Of a DNA stretch of 43,178 nucleotides, positions 25,817 to 35,799 are shown in pieces. Under the pieces are notes generated by a model, which was not told where the DNA came from, searched no databases, and saw only the letters and a program-made list of their open reading frames with translations. Each line of letters starts with the position of its first letter. Within the stretch, counting starts at the first letter, position 1. This DNA comes from Planctomycetota bacterium. Its GTDB lineage: Bacteria; Planctomycetota; SZUA-567; H5-PLA8. The position numbers and the translations under genes were made by a program. The stretch lies in NCBI GenBank assembly GCA_038227875.1, contig JBBRPR010000067.1, forward strand, positions 1 to 43,178, written 5' to 3'.

Positions 25817-27194
25817 TAACGCTGCGCCGGATGAAACTCACGACAAACGCGATCCCCAGAACGATCGTGAGCCAGAGCTCCGGCAGCACCAGCACGCCCC
25901 ACTTGTATTCCGGCCGGTGGCGGCGCCACTCGACGATCGTGTGGTCGGTCGATTCGCAGACAAAGCGCGTACCGTCCTCCGCGAAGGCCAGATGCGATGA
26001 CGTGCTGGTGTGCGGAATCGACGCGACTGGGGTGAGCGTTTCGTAATCCCAGATACTCACGTCCATCGGCGCGCGGTCGAAATTCCACGGCACGGAAATG
26101 AGCCGCGTTTCGTTCCCGGAGATTTTCCAGACCGCGTTAGTGATGGGCAACTCGCCTCGCAATTTTCCCGTCTCCGCTGCGTAAATCAGCAGCGGGCCAT
26201 AGTGGTTCACGTCCAGTTTTCGATAGACCAAGACATCCCGGCCACGCGGCGAGAGCAGGCATTCCGTTTCCTTGATCTCGGGAATCGCGCAGAGTTGTTT
26301 GCCGTTGGCCAAGTCCCAGACACGCAGTGTTTCAAAGTCGTTCTCGAAACGACCCGCTACGCGGATTCCGTCGAAAGACATCTCCAGTTGCGTCGGCCCC
26401 CAGAGCTTGCCGGGCTTGAAATCGTGCGTGGGGTTGAAGGCCATGAGTCGCTTGCCACTTTCGATGTCCCACAACTGCGCGTGCCTGGCGCCATCAATCC
26501 ACGTGAGCACGCGGGTGGCGTCAGGCGAAACTATCGCATTAATGGCGACGCCCTCGAGCGCTTTGACATAATCGCTCAGCGTTTCCGTGTGGACGGACTT
26601 GAGCAGATCCACATGGGTAAAGGCGGCGCCGCTGGAGTAGCCCTGACTGATGGGCGCGGAGAGCGCCAGCACCGGTTGCGCAGTCTGCGCATCCCAGGCG
26701 TGAAGTTTGCGCCGCGTAATCAGCAATTTTCCGCTGGGATTAAAACACGCGTCTTCGGCCCATTGGTTACTGATGTCAATGATCCGGGGTTTCTCCTGCC
26801 CCGCCACGTCGTGAATCTCGATCGAGTCCTTCTTGAAGACAACAAGGCTTCGGCCATCGGGTGACAGTTTGGGATCGCGAAATATCGGAGAATCGAAGCC
26901 ATGAACCACCGGCACGTCCGGAATGCAGCACACTTCCCGGCCGCTCGCACACTCCCACAGGCGCACGGTATTGTCTTCGGAATGGCTGAGTAGTTTATTG
27001 CCGTGGTCGACGTATTGCAGTGACGCGATTTCTTCCGTGTGCCCGCGCAAAACGCAATCCGCTGACCACGGCTCCCAGCGCCAGCGCAGCGTCATTCCAC
27101 TGGCCACAGCGATAGCAGCCGGAATTGAAACCGGGAACGCCTTTTCGTTGCCTTGGGTTCTGCGGAGAGCGCTTCCATGCGGGTCTTGTACCAC
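25806..27194 (-). CDS. Membrane-anchored WD40 beta-propeller protein (start uncertain, N-terminus possibly eroded)
   Basis: LRGHTEEI...LLSHSEDNTVRLWE, LSPDGRSL, AQLWD, LRVWD; C-terminal RRHRPEYKWG-LPELW plus TM helix. Confidence 0.8.
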   Translation of the reverse strand: MVQDPHGSALRRTQGNEKAFPVSIPAAIAVASGMTLRWRWEPWSADCVLRGHTEEIASLQYVDHGNKLLSHSEDNTVRLWECASGREVCCIPDVPVVHGFDSPIFRDPKLSPDGRSLVVFKKDSIEIHDVAGQEKPRIIDISNQWAEDACFNPSGKLLITRRKLHAWDAQTAQPVLALSAPISQGYSSGAAFTHVDLLKSVHTETLSDYVKALEGVAINAIVSPDATRVLTWIDGARHAQLWDIESGKRLMAFNPTHDFKPGKLWGPTQLEMSFDGIRVAGRFENDFETLRVWDLANGKQLCAIPEIKETECLLSPRGRDVLVYRKLDVNHYGPLLIYAAETGKLRGELPITNAVWKISGNETRLISVPWNFDRAPMDVSIWDYETLTPVASIPHTSTSSHLAFAEDGTRFVCESTDHTIVEWRRHRPEYKWGVLVLPELWLTIVLGIAFVVSFIRRSVTAR

Positions 27195-27354
27195 AAACGG
27201 GCGTGATGAATTTGCGTCTGACGCGAGTATTCCACCGTCGGTACCGTTCAGCTGACCGGCAGTCAGTTGTTGTTGTGCTTTTTGCTACTTTTATGCTGCC
27301 TTTGCTCGTTTCAAAGTTACGATAAAGAGTCTTGCTGGCTTCAAGGTTCTTCGC

Positions 27355-30300
27355 ATGCGCTACGCAGTCCTTCTACTGATTCTAACCACGGCGCTGCGGG
27401 CCGCCGATCTATCTACCATTACGACTCTTGGCGGCGCGCATTTAAATAACGGCGGCACCGCGTCAAACGCGCAACTCTGCCGGCCATTTGGCGTCTCGGT
27501 CGATTCGTCCACCGGGAAGATTTACGTCGCCGACCGCAATAATGCCCTGGTCCGCGTGATCGATCAATCGACGGGCAAAATTGATGTAATCGCCGGAACC
27601 AACATTGAAGGCTACAACGGTGAAGGCACCGCAACAACCCGGCGGCTCCACAATCCGCAGGGCGTCTGCGTCGCCAATGGCAATGTTTACATTGCCGATT
27701 CCGACAACAACCGTATTCGAAAAGTCGACAGCGGCGGAACAATTTCCACTGTGGCGGGAAATGGCGTGCCTGCCTATTCTGGCGACACGCTCGCCGCCAC
27801 CAGCGCCAGCATGTTCTTTCCCGAAGGTGTCGCCGTGGACGGTGCGGGCGTGATGTACATTGCCGATACGCTCAACAACCGCATCCGCATGGTCGATGCG
27901 GGTGGAACCATCACTACAATCTGCGGAACAGGAGCAGCGGATTACACGGGCGACAACGGACAGGCCACCGCCGCCACGTTGAACACGCCCACGCGTGTGG
28001 CGTTGGATGGCAACGGCCATCTGCTGATCGCCGACTCCGTCAACAACGCGCTGCGCCAGATCGATCTCACGACCCACGTGATCACCACGATTTTCACCGA
28101 TACCGCCGTCGTCGATGTCGGCGCGGATGGCAGCGGAAACATCTACGTTGCCACCGATTCCCAGATCAAGCGCATCGACCACACGGACAGCAGCGTCTCG
28201 GTCGTGGCTGGAGACGCGACGACCAATCCCGGCAACAGCGTCGATGGCCCGGCGACCGCCACGGGACTCTGGCCGACCGGGATTTCCGTCTCATCCGCGG
28301 GTGACCTCTACCTCGTGGAAGAAACCTACAGCCGCCTGCGCAAAATCTCCGGCGGCAACATCTCGACGCTGGTGGGCGGTTCAAGCGGCGATGGGGGGTC
28401 GGCGCTGGGCGCCAACTTCGTGCGCGTGATCGGCCTGAAAGGCGACAACGCGGGGAACGTCTATCTGCCGGATTTTCACGGCAATCGCGTGCGTAAGATC
28501 GATTCCGGCGGCACGATCACCACGTTCGCCGGCACGGGCGTAAACGGTTCTCTAGGCGACGGCGGTCCGGCAGCGTTGGCACAGCTGAAACTGCCCGCGG
28601 ATGTCGTCGTCGATTCCCGCGGCAATGTGTTTATTTCCGAAGTCGGCGCCGGACGCATCCGCAAAGTGGCCGCGTCCGACGGTTCCACCAGCACCTTCGC
28701 CACGGGATTGGGAGATTGCTACGCGCTGGCAATCGATGGCGCCGACAATATTTATGTGGCCAGCTACACAAGCAGCGTCGTCACTAAGATTACTCCGGGC
28801 GGTACTGTCATTCCGTTCGCCGGTGTATTTGGAAATACTGGATACAACGGCGACAATATGCAGGCCACGTCCGCATTCCTGAATTTCCCGCTGGGTCTGG
28901 CCGCGGATGCGGCGGGGAATGTGTTTATCGTCGACCTGGTGAATTCACGCATCCGCAAGGTGGATCTGACCGGAAAGATCACAACCATCGCCGGCACCGG
29001 CGTCGACGGTTACAGCGGCGACGGCATTGCCGCGACGTCGGCTAAAATCAACAGTCCGCGCAGCGTCGCGGTCGACGGCGCTGGGCGGATCTACATCGCC
29101 GACTCTCAAAACCACCGCATCCGAAAAATTGAGAACGGTATCATCAGCACGATTGTTGGAGGTAACGGGCAGGGACTCGCCGGCGATGGCGGACCCGGCA
29201 CCGCCGCCACGATCGATTTTCCATGGGGCATTTACAGCAATCTTGCGGGCACGGCGTTGTACTTCTGGGATTGGAATCGGTACTGCGTCCGCAAAGTCAC
29301 GCGGCCCGATCCCGGCCCTCTGGCGTACGACGGCGTTCTCACCACGAACAAGAACATACCGCAGACCGGCACCCTGGTGGGTAAAGATGGGGATGCCCAC
29401 CCGCTGACGTATTCCATCGTGACCAACGGCGGAAAGGGATCGGCCAACATTACCAATACTGCGACGGGCGCGTACTCCTACACGCCCAATTTCAACGCCT
29501 CGGGCACCGATACCTTCACCTTCAAGGTGAATGACGGCACCCTGGATTCAAATACCGCAACAATTACTGTAACAATCACGGCACTTAATAACGCGCCGAT
29601 CGCCAGCAACGGCACGCTCACCACCAATGAGGACACCGCCAAGACCGGAACACTGAGCGCCAGTGACGTCGATGCCAATCCGCTGACGTACACCATTGTC
29701 GCGAACGGAACGAAGGGCAGCGCCGTGATCACCAACGCCGCTACCGGAGCGTATACGTACACGCCCAACACCGATGCAAACGGCGCGGATTCCTTCACGT
29801 TCAAAGCCAATGACGGCTCGGTCGATTCCAACATCGCGACCGTGAATGTCACGATCACACCCGTTAACGACGCACCCGTCGCCAGCAACGGTACGCTCAC
29901 TACCACTGAAGACACGGCCAAGACCGGAACACTGAGCGCTAGCGACGTCGATGCCAATCCGTTGACCTACACCATTGTCGCGAACGGAACGAAGGGCAGC
30001 GCCGTGATCACCAACGCCGCTACCGGAGCGTATACGTACACGCCCAACACCGATGCAAACGGCGCGGATTCGTTTACGTTCAAAGCCAATGACGGCTCGG
30101 TCGATTCCAACATCGCGACCGTGAATGTCACGATCACACCCGTTAACGACGCGCCCGTCGCCAGCAACGGTATGCTCACCACGAATGAGGACACCGCCAA
30201 ATCTGGAACACTGAGCGCCAGTGACGTCGAATCTGATCCGCTTTCGTACACCATCGTGACGAACGGAACGAAGGGCAGCGCCGTGATCACCAACGCCGCT

Positions 30301-31260
30301 ACCGGCGCGTATACGTATACGCCCAACGCCAATGCAAACGGCGCGGATTCGTTTACGTTCAAAGCCAATGACGGCTCGGTCGATTCCAACATCGCGACCG
30401 TGAACGTCACAATCACGCCCGTTAACGATGCTCCGGCGATTGCCTCAGCCGCGAGCGCCACGCCGTCATCGACGACAACTGGCGCGGACATTTCATTTTC
30501 TGTCACGGGTTCCGATGTCGACGGCGATACGCTGACGAACCTTTGGGATTTCGGCGATGGTGTGCAAAGTTCCGGCGCTTCGGTAACGCATGCCTACGCA
30601 ACGCCGGGAAATTTCACGGCCAGTGTCACCGTCTCCGATCCGTCGGGGGCGCACGTCGCGTCAACCATTGGCGTTACCATCAGCGCTCCGTCTGGTCCGC
30701 CTGTAGGGCCGCCAGTCACGGGAACACCCGGCGACAGCGATGGCGACGGATTCCCCGATGCCCTGGAGATCGCGCTGGGCACCAATCCGCTCAGCGCCGC
30801 CGACACGCCGTTCGGCGGCGCACCGGCCGGACCGTTGCAGCCGCTGTCCGTCGGCAAACTTTCCATCGCGCTTAACTTTAAGCGGACGAACGCCGACAGC
30901 CTGATGCTCGAAGGCACCGTTGCCATCCCCGCCGGCTTTGCGCCTCTGGGCCAGACTGTCGTGGTCGACGTAGGCGGCGTCGTCCGTTCGTTCACGCTTG
31001 ATAAAACCGGGAAGGCCAGTCACGGCAGCGATTCGTTTCAATTCACACTGAAGAAAGGCGCCGCCACCGCGCGCTTCACCGCCAAATTTTCCAAAGCCGC
31101 GCTGGCCGCGACGCTCGCCGACGAAGGACTGACTAGCCAGGCCGCCGTGAAAGCGCTGAAGACCATCCGCGTAAACCTGCTCTTCGCCGCGACCGACTAC
31201 CAGTTCGATGACACGGTCTTGTACTCCGCCAACGCAGGAAAGACGGGCAGCGCGAAGTGA
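27355..31260 (+). CDS. Large secreted surface protein: NHL-repeat propellers + cadherin-like/Big_9 (tandem-95) repeats + PKD domain + DSDGDG motif + C-terminal domain
   Basis: Signal peptide; many P.GVAVD..GN.YIADS.NNRIRK and GDGG.A..A.L repeats; NDAPVA...EDT...DVD...YTYTPN..ANGADSFTFKANDG; WDFGDG...HAY..PG.F. Confidence 0.9.
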   Translation: MRYAVLLLILTTALRAADLSTITTLGGAHLNNGGTASNAQLCRPFGVSVDSSTGKIYVADRNNALVRVIDQSTGKIDVIAGTNIEGYNGEGTATTRRLHNPQGVCVANGNVYIADSDNNRIRKVDSGGTISTVAGNGVPAYSGDTLAATSASMFFPEGVAVDGAGVMYIADTLNNRIRMVDAGGTITTICGTGAADYTGDNGQATAATLNTPTRVALDGNGHLLIADSVNNALRQIDLTTHVITTIFTDTAVVDVGADGSGNIYVATDSQIKRIDHTDSSVSVVAGDATTNPGNSVDGPATATGLWPTGISVSSAGDLYLVEETYSRLRKISGGNISTLVGGSSGDGGSALGANFVRVIGLKGDNAGNVYLPDFHGNRVRKIDSGGTITTFAGTGVNGSLGDGGPAALAQLKLPADVVVDSRGNVFISEVGAGRIRKVAASDGSTSTFATGLGDCYALAIDGADNIYVASYTSSVVTKITPGGTVIPFAGVFGNTGYNGDNMQATSAFLNFPLGLAADAAGNVFIVDLVNSRIRKVDLTGKITTIAGTGVDGYSGDGIAATSAKINSPRSVAVDGAGRIYIADSQNHRIRKIENGIISTIVGGNGQGLAGDGGPGTAATIDFPWGIYSNLAGTALYFWDWNRYCVRKVTRPDPGPLAYDGVLTTNKNIPQTGTLVGKDGDAHPLTYSIVTNGGKGSANITNTATGAYSYTPNFNASGTDTFTFKVNDGTLDSNTATITVTITALNNAPIASNGTLTTNEDTAKTGTLSASDVDANPLTYTIVANGTKGSAVITNAATGAYTYTPNTDANGADSFTFKANDGSVDSNIATVNVTITPVNDAPVASNGTLTTTEDTAKTGTLSASDVDANPLTYTIVANGTKGSAVITNAATGAYTYTPNTDANGADSFTFKANDGSVDSNIATVNVTITPVNDAPVASNGMLTTNEDTAKSGTLSASDVESDPLSYTIVTNGTKGSAVITNAATGAYTYTPNANANGADSFTFKANDGSVDSNIATVNVTITPVNDAPAIASAASATPSSTTTGADISFSVTGSDVDGDTLTNLWDFGDGVQSSGASVTHAYATPGNFTASVTVSDPSGAHVASTIGVTISAPSGPPVGPPVTGTPGDSDGDGFPDALEIALGTNPLSAADTPFGGAPAGPLQPLSVGKLSIALNFKRTNADSLMLEGTVAIPAGFAPLGQTVVVDVGGVVRSFTLDKTGKASHGSDSFQFTLKKGAATARFTAKFSKAALAATLADEGLTSQAAVKALKTIRVNLLFAATDYQFDDTVLYSANAGKTGSAK
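29587..30423 (+). repeat. Three near-identical 279-bp (93-aa) tandem repeats in the surface protein gene, preceded by a diverged copy
   Basis: Unit starts at 29587, 29866, 30145 (next boundary 30424); long stretches identical at nucleotide level. Confidence 0.93.
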
Positions 31261-31288
31261 CGCACGCGTTAAATTCAATAATCAAATT

Positions 31289-31317
31289 GGGGGCTAGCCT
31301 TTTCAGGCGGAGCCCCC
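31289..31317. terminator. Hairpin between convergent genes (possible terminator)
   Basis: GGGGCT-A-GCCT-TTTC-AGGC-GG-AGCCCC; no clear U-tract. Confidence 0.5.
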
Positions 31318-31341
31318 GGCTTCATTCCCAAACTCATGGCG

Positions 31342-34164
31342 CTAAAACTTTTCGTTCTTTCCATCGGGTTCCGGCGCGGGCGGAGCCGGCGGCGTGGCGG
31401 GGGCGGCGTTCTTTTGTATCAGCGTCGTCAATTCCGTCAGCGGGCTCAGGGGGATGCGGACCTGCAGCAACGCGCGGCCGTTTTCCGTGACTGCCGCGCC
31501 GATGATCGGCTTGGCGTCGCTGAGCTGCTTGAGGTTCGCCAGCGGATTGGCAGGCAACTCCGCCATCATTTCTTTCATTAGTTCGATGAAATTGTAGTCG
31601 AAGTACGCCTGCTTGCCGGGGCCAAAGAAAGTCATTGCCTCCAGCGTGACGGCGGCCTTGTCGGCCTTGCCATCCAGCGCGCGGTCGATCATCGCGTCCA
31701 GGTCGGCGGGGCTGGTCGCGCCCAGGTACGTTTGTTTGACCACCGCGATATCCATGTCTTTGAGCATCAGCTTCATCGTGCTGGCCATCTGCGGGTCCAA
31801 TTTGGAGATGTCCGCCTGGGTCTTGTAACGCATGATGTCCAGTCCGCGATACGTGCGGATTTTCTTTTCGAGAGTCGCAGACATCGGCACGCTCATCATG
31901 GAATAGTACTTGGCGAGCGGACCGCCCGGTCCGGTTAGAACTTGCATGCGATCGTAGAGCGCGCTGATGGAATTCGAGTCCGTGACCATCATGGCGAATT
32001 CCACATTCATACCGACTTTCGGAATGATGCTGGTGGTGGTCGCAAAATCCCCGCCATAGGCCATCATCCAGTCGTTTACGAACTTCGTGACCTCGGGCGT
32101 CAGGAATTCCGCGAATTCCGGATCCTGTGCCGCCCCTTTCAGAATTTTTTCGACGCAGGCGCGTCCCCGCACCGGATCAAACCGTGCCGTTCCAGCCATC
32201 ACGCCCGACGACGTAAGGTAGTTCAGCGTTTTATTCGCGTCCTGCGGCGCTGTGTTGAACAGATCGGACAGCGCTGAATCCTTCACGGCCTTGGCCACGG
32301 TGTCGATGGTGATCGCATCGCCTTTGAGCGTAATGTCGATTTGTTCGGATTCACTCTGTGCCAGCAGGTTCAACACTGCCTGCCATTCCATCTTTAGTCC
32401 CTTGGCCACCTTGGCTGGATCGATGCCGGGCGCCGATTTCGTCGCCGCGCTCTGCTCGAGCATCGTGGATACGAAATCTTGAAACTTCAGGCGGTACGCG
32501 GCCAGCAGATTGGCGTTATTGATGAAGATGCGCGTATCCGCCGCGATTGTCGTCGACGCGATCTTGTTGTACGCAGCCGTCTGCCCCTGCGCCGTCTTCA
32601 GCGCGTCGGGCGTGGACGCGAGGATCAGCACTCCATCCTTGAACGATGAAACCCACTGCGCGCGTTCCGCCATCGCGGCGTACGGCGCATCGGCCTTCGC
32701 CGGAATGAAGATCGCCAACGGCGCGCTCGCGTCGGTCGCGGCGCTTTTCAGCATCATCGCCACCACCGGCTTACTGGTATCCAAATGAGCCAGGCCCGGA
32801 TCGTTGAGGACCATGCCCAACTGCATCTTGATCAGGCCCGCCGGAATTTGAGCGTTAAATGCCCGCACCAGCGTATCGACATGATCGACCGTGCTATTGA
32901 CATCGGAAATCACCGCCAGTCCCGTAATCTCCGGGCTGCCCGGATCGAGCAGCTCGGGGACGACCGGCCCGGCGACCGCCGGAGCCGCGTTGGGATCGGG
33001 AGCTTTCGAGACATCGGCGGCGCGAGCGTTGGCGCTGGCCGAAGCCAGGGCCAGCACCGTGCCTAAAATTGCATTCTTAAAGCTAGCCTTCATCGGATCT
33101 TTCTCCTGAGTAAGTTTGATGGGTGGAATTGTGGAAAGGGCGTGTTGCTTCAACGGATCTTTCAGGCCCGGGTCGACCACCGGAGCCAGTTCTCTTTGGG
33201 CAGGTGCCGCGTCCGGCACGACCGCCCCCTTCTGCAGAATCTGCTCTGTTTTCGACGTCTGTTTGGTTTTTGCGTCAACGTTGGCCACCTGCGCCTGCGG
33301 CGCAATGAGCCCGCCGTTGCGTTGCGAGTTCCACATCCAAAGCAATAAAAGAATGACCGCGACGAGCGCCGCGCCGGCGGCCACCTTCCAGCCGGCGGAA
33401 TTGTCGCGCGGCCGCGCCTTCTTTTGCTGCCGCGCGCGTCCTGCCAGAGACGGCGCCTGACGCGCGGTCTCCTGCAACGACGCCAGCAGCGACGCGGGCG
33501 CCTGTTCGAGCTGCAGCGCGCCGATCGCCGCGCCCAGTTCGACGACGCTCAGCGTAATTCCCGACGCCGTCAGCATCTCACGCAGCCGTTCGATGCCGCG
33601 TTTGATCTGGCTGCGGATTGTGTTCTCCGGAATCTGGAGCACCGCCGCGACTTCCGTGCTGGTCAGACCTTCATAGTAGTGCAGCGACAACGGCGCGCGG
33701 TAGAGCACCGGCAGCGTGCGCACCGCCTTCGCCACTTCCTGATGGAGTTGCGCCTTCTCCGCGCCGCCATAGTCCGGCAGCGTAATCGTGGTGCGCTGGC
33801 TGGCGGCGCGTTGTTCGCGAGCCGCGCGCCGGGAGTTCTCGAGTCGCTTCTTGCGGCAGACGTTGACGACGATTCCCATGATCCAAAGCCTCACGCTGCC
33901 CTCGCGCTGATGATCGAATTTTCCGGCGTGATGGACGAGATTGACCGCCGCGGCCTGCACGGAATCTTCCGCGTCGCTGGCGTTGGCGCTGAAGTGGCAG
34001 GCCAGGCGGAAGGCCGCGTGCGCGTGAAGATTGAGCAATTCGCCAAGCGCCTCGGTGTCGCGCTTCTCGACATAGCGGCGCATCAGCGCACGGTCATGCT
34101 CATCGTCGGACCCACGGACCGCTGGAATGAGTTTGGATTCGATGGCCGTCGCGCTCCGATTCAC
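31342..34164 (-). CDS. ECF sigma factor fused via a TM helix to a large extracytoplasmic domain
   Basis: Likely GTG start at 34164 after SD GGAGG; DAEDSVQ, WIMGIVVNVCR, LPVLYRAPLSLHYYEGLTSTEVAAVLQIPENTIRSQIKRG; TM VAAGAALVAVILLLLWMW; about 580-aa C-terminal region. Confidence 0.85.
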   Translation of the reverse strand: MNRSATAIESKLIPAVRGSDDEHDRALMRRYVEKRDTEALGELLNLHAHAAFRLACHFSANASDAEDSVQAAAVNLVHHAGKFDHQREGSVRLWIMGIVVNVCRKKRLENSRRAAREQRAASQRTTITLPDYGGAEKAQLHQEVAKAVRTLPVLYRAPLSLHYYEGLTSTEVAAVLQIPENTIRSQIKRGIERLREMLTASGITLSVVELGAAIGALQLEQAPASLLASLQETARQAPSLAGRARQQKKARPRDNSAGWKVAAGAALVAVILLLLWMWNSQRNGGLIAPQAQVANVDAKTKQTSKTEQILQKGAVVPDAAPAQRELAPVVDPGLKDPLKQHALSTIPPIKLTQEKDPMKASFKNAILGTVLALASASANARAADVSKAPDPNAAPAVAGPVVPELLDPGSPEITGLAVISDVNSTVDHVDTLVRAFNAQIPAGLIKMQLGMVLNDPGLAHLDTSKPVVAMMLKSAATDASAPLAIFIPAKADAPYAAMAERAQWVSSFKDGVLILASTPDALKTAQGQTAAYNKIASTTIAADTRIFINNANLLAAYRLKFQDFVSTMLEQSAATKSAPGIDPAKVAKGLKMEWQAVLNLLAQSESEQIDITLKGDAITIDTVAKAVKDSALSDLFNTAPQDANKTLNYLTSSGVMAGTARFDPVRGRACVEKILKGAAQDPEFAEFLTPEVTKFVNDWMMAYGGDFATTTSIIPKVGMNVEFAMMVTDSNSISALYDRMQVLTGPGGPLAKYYSMMSVPMSATLEKKIRTYRGLDIMRYKTQADISKLDPQMASTMKLMLKDMDIAVVKQTYLGATSPADLDAMIDRALDGKADKAAVTLEAMTFFGPGKQAYFDYNFIELMKEMMAELPANPLANLKQLSDAKPIIGAAVTENGRALLQVRIPLSPLTELTTLIQKNAAPATPPAPPAPEPDGKNEKF

Positions 34165-34373
34165 AAAAATCGTCCTCCGAGTATACCGTGTACTCCCCGC
34201 CGACTGGCCGGGCGTTGCATGGCTCAACGATAATTCTGTAAAATTATTTTGGATGATGGAGCATGCAGGTGGGTTGAACAGGATAGACTTGGACGAGTCA
34301 CGCCGTAGTCTGGAACGCGGCACGCTGTTCTTATTAATCAAGAACTGAAGCCAATTAACGGAAGAGTGCAGCG

Positions 34374-34787
34374 ATGATTCGCGTTGTTACGCCACAAGGG
34401 GAGTTGTTGGCAAAACTGGAGAATTCTGCCGTCGCGGCGTATTTGAGGGAGCGCGGACTTGTCGGGCGGAAAAAATCTACGAGCGCCGAAGTTGACGCGT
34501 TTGCCCCGACCATCGAAGCTCACTTACTCGAAATGAAAAAACCGTCCTCGAAATCCTCGATTGTGATTTGGAGGTTCGACCGAACACGAATCCGCTCGTT
34601 ACTTGCGGAAGGCAAGACCGTTTATCTGAATATCAAGCCGCGAGAGCTTCGACATTTTTACACTCGGCAATGCTTCTTTGACGTCATGCAGAAGTTTGCC
34701 GAAGAGGAACGCCCCGTCGAGGTAGTCATCCCAGCGGGCAGGTATGGCGACCTTTACGCTTTCGCGCTGCGAAAGCCTAGCTTGTAA
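34374..34787 (+). CDS. Hypothetical protein (137 aa)
   Basis: ORF with globular composition in a lower-GC stretch; no recognised motif. Confidence 0.5.
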   Translation: MIRVVTPQGELLAKLENSAVAAYLRERGLVGRKKSTSAEVDAFAPTIEAHLLEMKKPSSKSSIVIWRFDRTRIRSLLAEGKTVYLNIKPRELRHFYTRQCFFDVMQKFAEEERPVEVVIPAGRYGDLYAFALRKPSL

Positions 34788-34888
34788 ATTTACGGCAAGG
34801 TACCTGCGGGTAAATTTACCCGCAGGTCATTAGAACCTCCGGGCAAATTTGCCCGCTGGTCAAAAGCCAACATAAGGAAAATTTTCCT
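34784..34888. repeat. Array of four palindromes with an AAATTT core
   Basis: GTAAATTTAC (34784), ACCTGCGGGTAAATTTACCCGCAGGT (34802, perfect), ACCTCCGGGCAAATTTGCCCGCTGGT (34835), AGGAAAATTTTCCT (34875). Confidence 0.8.
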
Positions 34889-34896
34889 GGGTGGAT

Positions 34897-35769
34897 TCAG
34901 TTGGATAGCGAGTGGGTCACGTCGCGGCGCGAACCCAGAAAGTATTCCACGTCCGCGCCGCTCATTTGCGCCTGACGCCGCGCCAGAAATTCCGCGACCT
35001 TCACTTCATCCTTCGCGAAGAAGTGGGGATACAGCGTCCGCTCCGCCGCCGCCTCACCCTGGCCGCCGACGCGCTGAACTTCGCGCTCCACCATCGACAA
35101 ATCCAGCCGCAGCAACACCGCCGGCGCGCCCTGCACGCGCGGACATGCGCGTTCCGGTCCGGCCAGCACGAAATTCAGGAGCCGGCAGTAGTAGTTCACA
35201 TGACGTGGGTTGACTTCGATCACGAAATCGTCACGGCCTTTCACTCGACGCGCGAAGATGTAGATGAAGTTGAAGAGGCAGACCAGCAGCGCTTTCGAGC
35301 GTTGGAATTCCGGATCGATCGCCAGGCGCGTGACTTCCACCAGGCGCCGGCCTTGAGCGCGCAGCGCGGAGAGTTCCTCGCCGTAAATCTCATCGCACGG
35401 CAAGCCGTCGTGAGCATCGAACACCAGCGAGATCGTCGCCGCATCGCGTCCGTTTTCGTCCTGGACCAGCAGCGTCAACGTTTCCGGACTCGCGTCGAAG
35501 GGCGAGACGATCAGTCCGCTGTTGTTGCAGGCGTAACCGCGCCCTTCGTAGACGCGGTGGGCCAAGGCATACGCGCGCCGGCGGAGCATGCGGTCACAGG
35601 CGACGCGGATGCGGTAATCGCCGGTTGCAAATGTCTTGTCCCGCCAAGTCTCGCCCAGTTCCAGATCGTCGTTGAGCGCGCGCAGGATCTGCGAGACGGC
35701 CGTGGTCCGTCGGGCCAGTGGCCGCTCCGGTGCGATTCCCAACACGACGCAATCTTCGGGTGCCAGCAT
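34897..35769 (-). CDS. N-acyl amino acid synthase FeeM-like (GNAT-fold) protein
   Basis: RRAYALAHRVY..RGY, ATISLVFD...GLPCDEIY.EEL..LR..GRRLVEVTRLAID, FVIEVNPRHVNYYCRLLNF, APAVLLRLDL. Confidence 0.82.
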   Translation of the reverse strand: MLAPEDCVVLGIAPERPLARRTTAVSQILRALNDDLELGETWRDKTFATGDYRIRVACDRMLRRRAYALAHRVYEGRGYACNNSGLIVSPFDASPETLTLLVQDENGRDAATISLVFDAHDGLPCDEIYGEELSALRAQGRRLVEVTRLAIDPEFQRSKALLVCLFNFIYIFARRVKGRDDFVIEVNPRHVNYYCRLLNFVLAGPERACPRVQGAPAVLLRLDLSMVEREVQRVGGQGEAAAERTLYPHFFAKDEVKVAEFLARRQAQMSGADVEYFLGSRRDVTHSLSN

Positions 35770-35799
35770 GAGAAATTCTCCGGTATGCCACCGAGTTGT

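Noticed and set aside
34784..34888. Possible mini-CRISPR array
   Set aside because: Spacers are only about 0-14 bp, repeats are degenerate, and there are no cas genes in the window.
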